This document shows positions 59,668 to 64,000 of a DNA stretch of 64,000 nt, piece by piece. The DNA comes from Candidatus Obscuribacteraceae bacterium (GTDB lineage Bacteria > Cyanobacteriota > Vampirovibrionia > Obscuribacterales > Obscuribacteraceae): assembly GCA_044226015.1 (NCBI GenBank), contig JBGAHS010000003.1, forward strand, positions 96,001 to 160,000. Direction: 5' to 3'. Numbering within the stretch: position 1 is the stretch's first letter; each line of letters begins with the position of its first letter. Under the pieces are notes generated by a model. That model worked only from the letters and a program-made list of their open reading frames with translations. It was not told the DNA's origin and did no database searches. The translations under genes were made by a program, and so were the position numbers.

Positions 59668-61046
59668 CTCTTTCCAGTAATATAAGAGTTGATGAATACA
59701 GCGGGCGAATATGCTCAGCTGCACTGCTTTTTCATTTCCTAATGCTCTTCGTACAAACTTCCAACCTGGAGTTCCTACTTCCAAGGGTTCTTCTGGCAGG
59801 CAATATAGCTCAAGTTACTTTGGTGAGCATCCCCATAATCATTCTTTTTCTCAAGTCAGCACCTCACTTAAGTCCAGTAGTAAATGAGATGAGCGAAGAG
59901 CGATCGGCTTGGAAGAAAGCAGCCTGGACTTGTTGCGCGTATGGCGTAATGCTCACTATATCAAGCCTCCACACCATTGACGGAGCTTTAACACTAAGTC
60001 AAATCTATCTCATTCCAGCAACAATCTTTTCATTGACATTTTGCGCACCCAGACTGATGAAGCAGTCTCATTATCGCGCACTATTCTTTTCCATAATCAG
60101 CTTGATGCTTGCGCATAGCCTTCTTACCTTATGCATCATGCTTACTGGCATCGAACAAATTGGGGGTGTTTCTGTTGTTTCAGAAAGTGGTCGCAGCAAA
60201 CACTTTCTTGGATACAATCTTTTCCCAAGCAACGGATTTTTCTCCAACGCCAATTCAATCGGAAGTTTTCTTATGTACATTCCGGGAATGATTCTTGCTG
60301 GCGGCATCTTCGGCTTGGGCAAAGTACAAAAACTGATTCTGAACACAATCATAATTGCCAGCACAATAGCATCGTTCTGCAGAGCTGCGATACTGACAGT
60401 GCTCTGCTCCACGATACTACCAGCAGTGCCAGCAAGGAAAAAGAAAGCAAGCATCGCTATAGCCATCACTGCAGTTTCGCTTGCACTAGCCTTTCCTGTG
60501 TTCTCGCCTATTCTTGACGCCTTCGACCCAAATGCAAGGTTGGTAAGCAAGCATGGCTCGCCAGTTTTCCAGCAACAGTGGCGCGCAAACGAAGCACGAG
60601 CAACCTTAGAAGACCGAGCTCAAATCTGGACTCACATGGTCAGATCACTCGACGCCAGACACCTTTTAATGGGCTACGGACTTTATGGCATCAATTACAA
60701 CGGTAAGACACCACACAATTTTCTTCTTGCAAATCTGGTCTATTATGGCTCTGCAGGACTGACTTGCATAATTCTCCTCTTGCTGAACCTCTGCTTGCAA
60801 GTTATTCGACGCACTCGGCACAATCAACAACTAATGCCGCTGGCAGCAAGCTTAGCAGCCGTGTTATGCATTCATGGTCAGTTCGAGTACATATTGACGC
60901 ATCCACTTTTCTTCAGCAATTCTATGTTCTGGCTATTGATTGGATTCACCTGCTTTGCACCGCTAAGCACATCTACAGCCAGCGAGGAAAGCAATAAAGC
61001 AGCAAGCGACATCGATAAGCAAGTGAAGATTCTGGCAAAAAGCTGA
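59664..61046 (+). CDS. O-antigen ligase/polymerase (Wzy_C/WaaL-like) membrane protein
   Basis: About 11 TMs; G.F.NAN, S.CR.A, R.QIW, L.GYG, PHN; ATGA overlaps with both neighbours. Confidence 0.8.
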   Translation: MTLSSNIRVDEYSGRICSAALLFHFLMLFVQTSNLEFLLPRVLLAGNIAQVTLVSIPIIILFLKSAPHLSPVVNEMSEERSAWKKAAWTCCAYGVMLTISSLHTIDGALTLSQIYLIPATIFSLTFCAPRLMKQSHYRALFFSIISLMLAHSLLTLCIMLTGIEQIGGVSVVSESGRSKHFLGYNLFPSNGFFSNANSIGSFLMYIPGMILAGGIFGLGKVQKLILNTIIIASTIASFCRAAILTVLCSTILPAVPARKKKASIAIAITAVSLALAFPVFSPILDAFDPNARLVSKHGSPVFQQQWRANEARATLEDRAQIWTHMVRSLDARHLLMGYGLYGINYNGKTPHNFLLANLVYYGSAGLTCIILLLLNLCLQVIRRTRHNQQLMPLAASLAAVLCIHGQFEYILTHPLFFSNSMFWLLIGFTCFAPLSTSTASEESNKAASDIDKQVKILAKS

Positions 61047-62068
61047 TGCGCATCGCATTTGTTTTACCATCAAATAGCATCACCGGTGGAATCATTACAG
61101 TTCTGCGACACGCACGCTTCCTGCGCTCAGCAGGACACGACGTTCATGTTGGATTTCTGCGCGGTGACGACTTCAAACCGGTAGTACTCGAAAAACTTGA
61201 GGGAATCAAATTTTGCAGCGTTGAAAGGCTCAAACAAGGCGAACCCTTTGATGCAATAGTCGGCACCTGGTGGGAAACCGTCGAAGGGTTATATGAATTA
61301 CCCGCAAAACACTATTTCTACTTTGTTCAGGGCTTCGAAGACGAGTTCTATTCGGCAGGCACGGAAGAACCAGACAGAGTGCGACAAACATACCAACAGC
61401 CTCTTCATTTTATAAGCATCTCAAATGCAATAAAAATGAGACTCCAGCACGACTTCGCCAAAGAATCTTGCCTGGTGCCACCAGGAATTGAACTAGCAGA
61501 TTTTGCTTCATGCTCACAAGCGATACCTTCCAGAGATAAAACGCGTGTTCTCGTCGAAGGTTCACCCACAGTGGAATTCAAGAGAGTAAAAGAGACTCTC
61601 GAAATACTGCAAGACTTTTCAGAACTGGAAATCGTCTATGTTTCACCAGAAGGACGCCCCAACTTTGACCTGCGCATAGATTATTTTTTCCAATCACTGA
61701 AGTACTGGCAGATTCCATCAATTTTCAAAAGCTGCACATTCTTATTAAAGCTAAGTCGAACAGAGAGCTTCTGTATGCCAGTTCTCGAAATGTTTGCATG
61801 CGGACGTACAGCCATAGTAACGGCATTCAAAGGCCACCAGGAATACATCACTCATGAACACAACGCGCTAGTAGTCCGCCAGGAACTGGACAAAAAAGAA
61901 ATCCGCGATGCTGTCAGCTTGTTGTTGAGCGATGGGGATCTCTTGCATGACTTATCGAGAAACGCTGAAATAAGCGCAAAAGCTTACCCGGCGGAAGCAT
62001 CCACAAGGATGTTCCTGCACGCACTATTAGAGCCTGACGGAAACTGCGCTGCCTGCAAAAGAAACTAG
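61046..62068 (+). CDS. GT4/GT-B glycosyltransferase (WsaF-like)
   Basis: MRIAFVLP...TGG, T.W.T, YFVQ.FE..FY, S..ESF.MP.LE.FACG. Confidence 0.85.
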   Translation: MRIAFVLPSNSITGGIITVLRHARFLRSAGHDVHVGFLRGDDFKPVVLEKLEGIKFCSVERLKQGEPFDAIVGTWWETVEGLYELPAKHYFYFVQGFEDEFYSAGTEEPDRVRQTYQQPLHFISISNAIKMRLQHDFAKESCLVPPGIELADFASCSQAIPSRDKTRVLVEGSPTVEFKRVKETLEILQDFSELEIVYVSPEGRPNFDLRIDYFFQSLKYWQIPSIFKSCTFLLKLSRTESFCMPVLEMFACGRTAIVTAFKGHQEYITHEHNALVVRQELDKKEIRDAVSLLLSDGDLLHDLSRNAEISAKAYPAEASTRMFLHALLEPDGNCAACKRN

Positions 62069-62814
62069 CGAATTTCTGGAAGCGTCTTTACGAAACGATC
62101 ACCATTGACTTCAAGAGTGACACTATCTTTATCGACAACTAGCACAGATACCGGCAAGTTGTTGATGTTGCGCACCTGCTCTCCAGGTGCAAGACAAACG
62201 ACTTCCGGCTTTTCATTTCGACTCATACCTTCCTTGCGCATCAGAAGCATGGCTCTATTGCCGATTATTCCGGTTACTTTGATGCCAAACTTCCGCTCAG
62301 GAGTGTGACTGACAGCATCAAACTGGGCAACCTGATGAGAGCGTTGCACAGGCGCTGCAGCCACCGGGTCTGGGGGAGGTGGCGGCACAAAACCAGGATA
62401 ACTCACCATCTTGCCTGTAGGCTTCTTCTTGCTTACAAAAACATCTGACGTCAAACCACTATCATCCATGGCTCTAACGACACAGCTTGACGCAGTTTTT
62501 ATCGATTTCATCGGCTCGTCAGAACCTGCATCTTTGCGCGCCAGTTTTTGCACTTCGTTTCGCTTGGAAGCCGGATATCTCACGTCAGCTTCGACAGTTT
62601 GTGCACTTGCAACTTTAGTTGCCGAACCAGCCTCAGCAGTATTTTCGCTCTTTGTAATTTCGGAACCAACTGTAGAATCGGCAACAACCGAACTGGAATC
62701 TTTAGCTTTATCAGCATTAGTCCAGATTGCCAGTGCAACTGTGGCGGACAGTAAGACGTTCGCGCAGACCACGAGGATCAAGCGGGTTTTCTGAGAACTT
62801 TCCATGGGAATCAC
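62065..62814 (-). CDS. Membrane-anchored hypothetical protein, possible PilP/GspC-like C-terminal beta domain
   Basis: N-terminal TM, Pro-rich linker, KVTGIIG.RAML...L..GE.V....V..V.KDSVTL. Confidence 0.55.
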   Translation of the reverse strand: MIPMESSQKTRLILVVCANVLLSATVALAIWTNADKAKDSSSVVADSTVGSEITKSENTAEAGSATKVASAQTVEADVRYPASKRNEVQKLARKDAGSDEPMKSIKTASSCVVRAMDDSGLTSDVFVSKKKPTGKMVSYPGFVPPPPPDPVAAAPVQRSHQVAQFDAVSHTPERKFGIKVTGIIGNRAMLLMRKEGMSRNEKPEVVCLAPGEQVRNINNLPVSVLVVDKDSVTLEVNGDRFVKTLPEIR

Positions 62815-62997
62815 CCTTTAGTAATTGGCTACAAAGAGCCTGGAGCGATTGCATTATATATGAAAGTCAGAAATCTCTCTTGACCACAAGTTAAGCTATC
62901 CCTTTGCTAGAGCAGGACAGAGCTGCGGCAGCTCCTGAGCAGAGTCAGCTCCGAACTTTTCAATCAATAAGGTGATACGCTAGCTTAAACTTAATAC

Positions 62998-63798
62998 ATG
63001 AGTAGCAGGACAGCACAGATGAACAAGAAAGAAACCAAAGTAATGCTGCTTCTGGGGCTTAGCGTCCTGTGCACCCTCAGTCAAGCAGACCATGTTCTGG
63101 CTGAGGAATCGGCTGCCAAGACCGCCGCGAGTGAGATTGAAATGCTTGTGCTACCAACATCGCGATATTCCTTTGCGGCAATGAATTATCCCAAAAGTAC
63201 TCAATGGACTGGTTTGTACTTGAGCGGTAACGCAGCGAAACTTGAACGCACCACAGTAAGAAGCAAACCTACAAAAGTGAATTCATACGATGAAGGCAAA
63301 GTAGCAGCGCAAGAACTTACAATCACGGGGCGTAAAAACATTCCGTTATGCTTGCTGCGCGGACTTCCACAATTGAAGCCGGGAAACATCAGCAGATTCT
63401 ATCCGCTAGGAAGAAATAAACCGACAGCTACTGGTCCACGATCTGGATTCGAAATAAAAATCGATGCTCATCGGGGGAATCGCTATTCGCTGAAGGCAAG
63501 TGAAAAAGACAATTTCATCAGCTACTGGCTCAAAAAAGGAAACAAACAACAGCTACTTCAGAAGTTCGAGATTGACCCAGTTGCTGGGAAAGATGGCATG
63601 GCGTGCAGAGATCAGATTATTCTCTTGGCTGGCGATCTCGACATGGATGGAAAGGCTGATTTTCTAACAGCGTTCAACACTCGCACGGGAGAGGGTATTT
63701 CAACTCAGCTCTATCTTTCCAGCAAAGCAAAGGCTGACGAGATTGTGGGGCTAGCAGCAGAATTTAATTACTGGCCGCCAGACAACCCGGGTTGCTAA
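62998..63798 (+). CDS. Exported hypothetical protein with a DxDxDG (FG-GAP/VCBS-like) Ca-binding motif
   Basis: Signal peptide; AGDLDMDGKADFL; LYLSS.A....VG; ends GC. Confidence 0.7.
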   Translation: MSSRTAQMNKKETKVMLLLGLSVLCTLSQADHVLAEESAAKTAASEIEMLVLPTSRYSFAAMNYPKSTQWTGLYLSGNAAKLERTTVRSKPTKVNSYDEGKVAAQELTITGRKNIPLCLLRGLPQLKPGNISRFYPLGRNKPTATGPRSGFEIKIDAHRGNRYSLKASEKDNFISYWLKKGNKQQLLQKFEIDPVAGKDGMACRDQIILLAGDLDMDGKADFLTAFNTRTGEGISTQLYLSSKAKADEIVGLAAEFNYWPPDNPGC

Positions 63799-63919
63799 CT
63801 CGCTGATGGTAGCTGCAAAAGAATCCAAAGGACTAGTGAGGTATTTTGCAGCCTGATTCTTGGAAAATCCCAAGTCAGCTTGGATTTGCACTAATTTAGA
63901 GCGAGTCGCTATAGAATAA

Positions 63920-64000
63920 TCATACTCTTTGAGAAATTGTATCCTCGATACGTAATTGAGAAAACAGGTTTTCGAGGTATTCTTCTTGCGTTTCATTTTT
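63920..64000 (-). CDS. Probable 3' end of a gene entering from beyond the window
   Basis: The minus frame reads KNETQEEYLENLFSQLRIEDTISQRV* from the edge. Confidence 0.4.
   Translation of the reverse strand, partial: KNETQEEYLENLFSQLRIEDTISQRV

Noticed and set aside
63751..63996. 81-aa minus-strand ORF at the window end
   Set aside because: It overlaps the convergent gene's 3' end; another frame ending at 63920 looks more protein-like.

Overview
A 64-kb chromosomal window that mixes scattered housekeeping genes with many lineage-specific hypothetical proteins. The housekeeping genes are sbcD, rlmD, rplI, xseAB, hutI, a YumC-type FNR, dcd, comEC, a MoxR-DUF58-transglutaminase cluster, glyQ and a three-gene glycan locus. 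Cyanobacteria-like markers (SLH/OprB-type porin, Ycf52-like GNAT, stand-alone glyQ and rplI) without photosynthesis genes suggest, by inference only, a non-photosynthetic cyanobacterial relative (Vampirovibrionia/Melainabacteria, Obscuribacterales-like). I recognised no rRNA, tRNA, CRISPR array, transposase, integrase or phage genes. The most notable items are: (1) a SulP-STAS-Cys-linker-beta-carbonic-anhydrase fusion; (2) a four-gene exported operon headed by a Tad-pseudopilin-like protein with a 13-Cys C-terminal half; (3) an Fe-S PD-(D/E)XK protein with the catalytic Lys replaced by His, divergent from xseAB; (4) a 13 x 21-bp tandem array directly after rlmD that varies like coding sequence but lacks an intact ORF; (5) a 114-aa protein with 26 His and 9 Cys, preceded by Fur/Zur-like boxes that also occur before a ferritin-like gene; (6) several large signal-peptide-less effector-like proteins. 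All family calls come from motif recognition by eye, not database searches.
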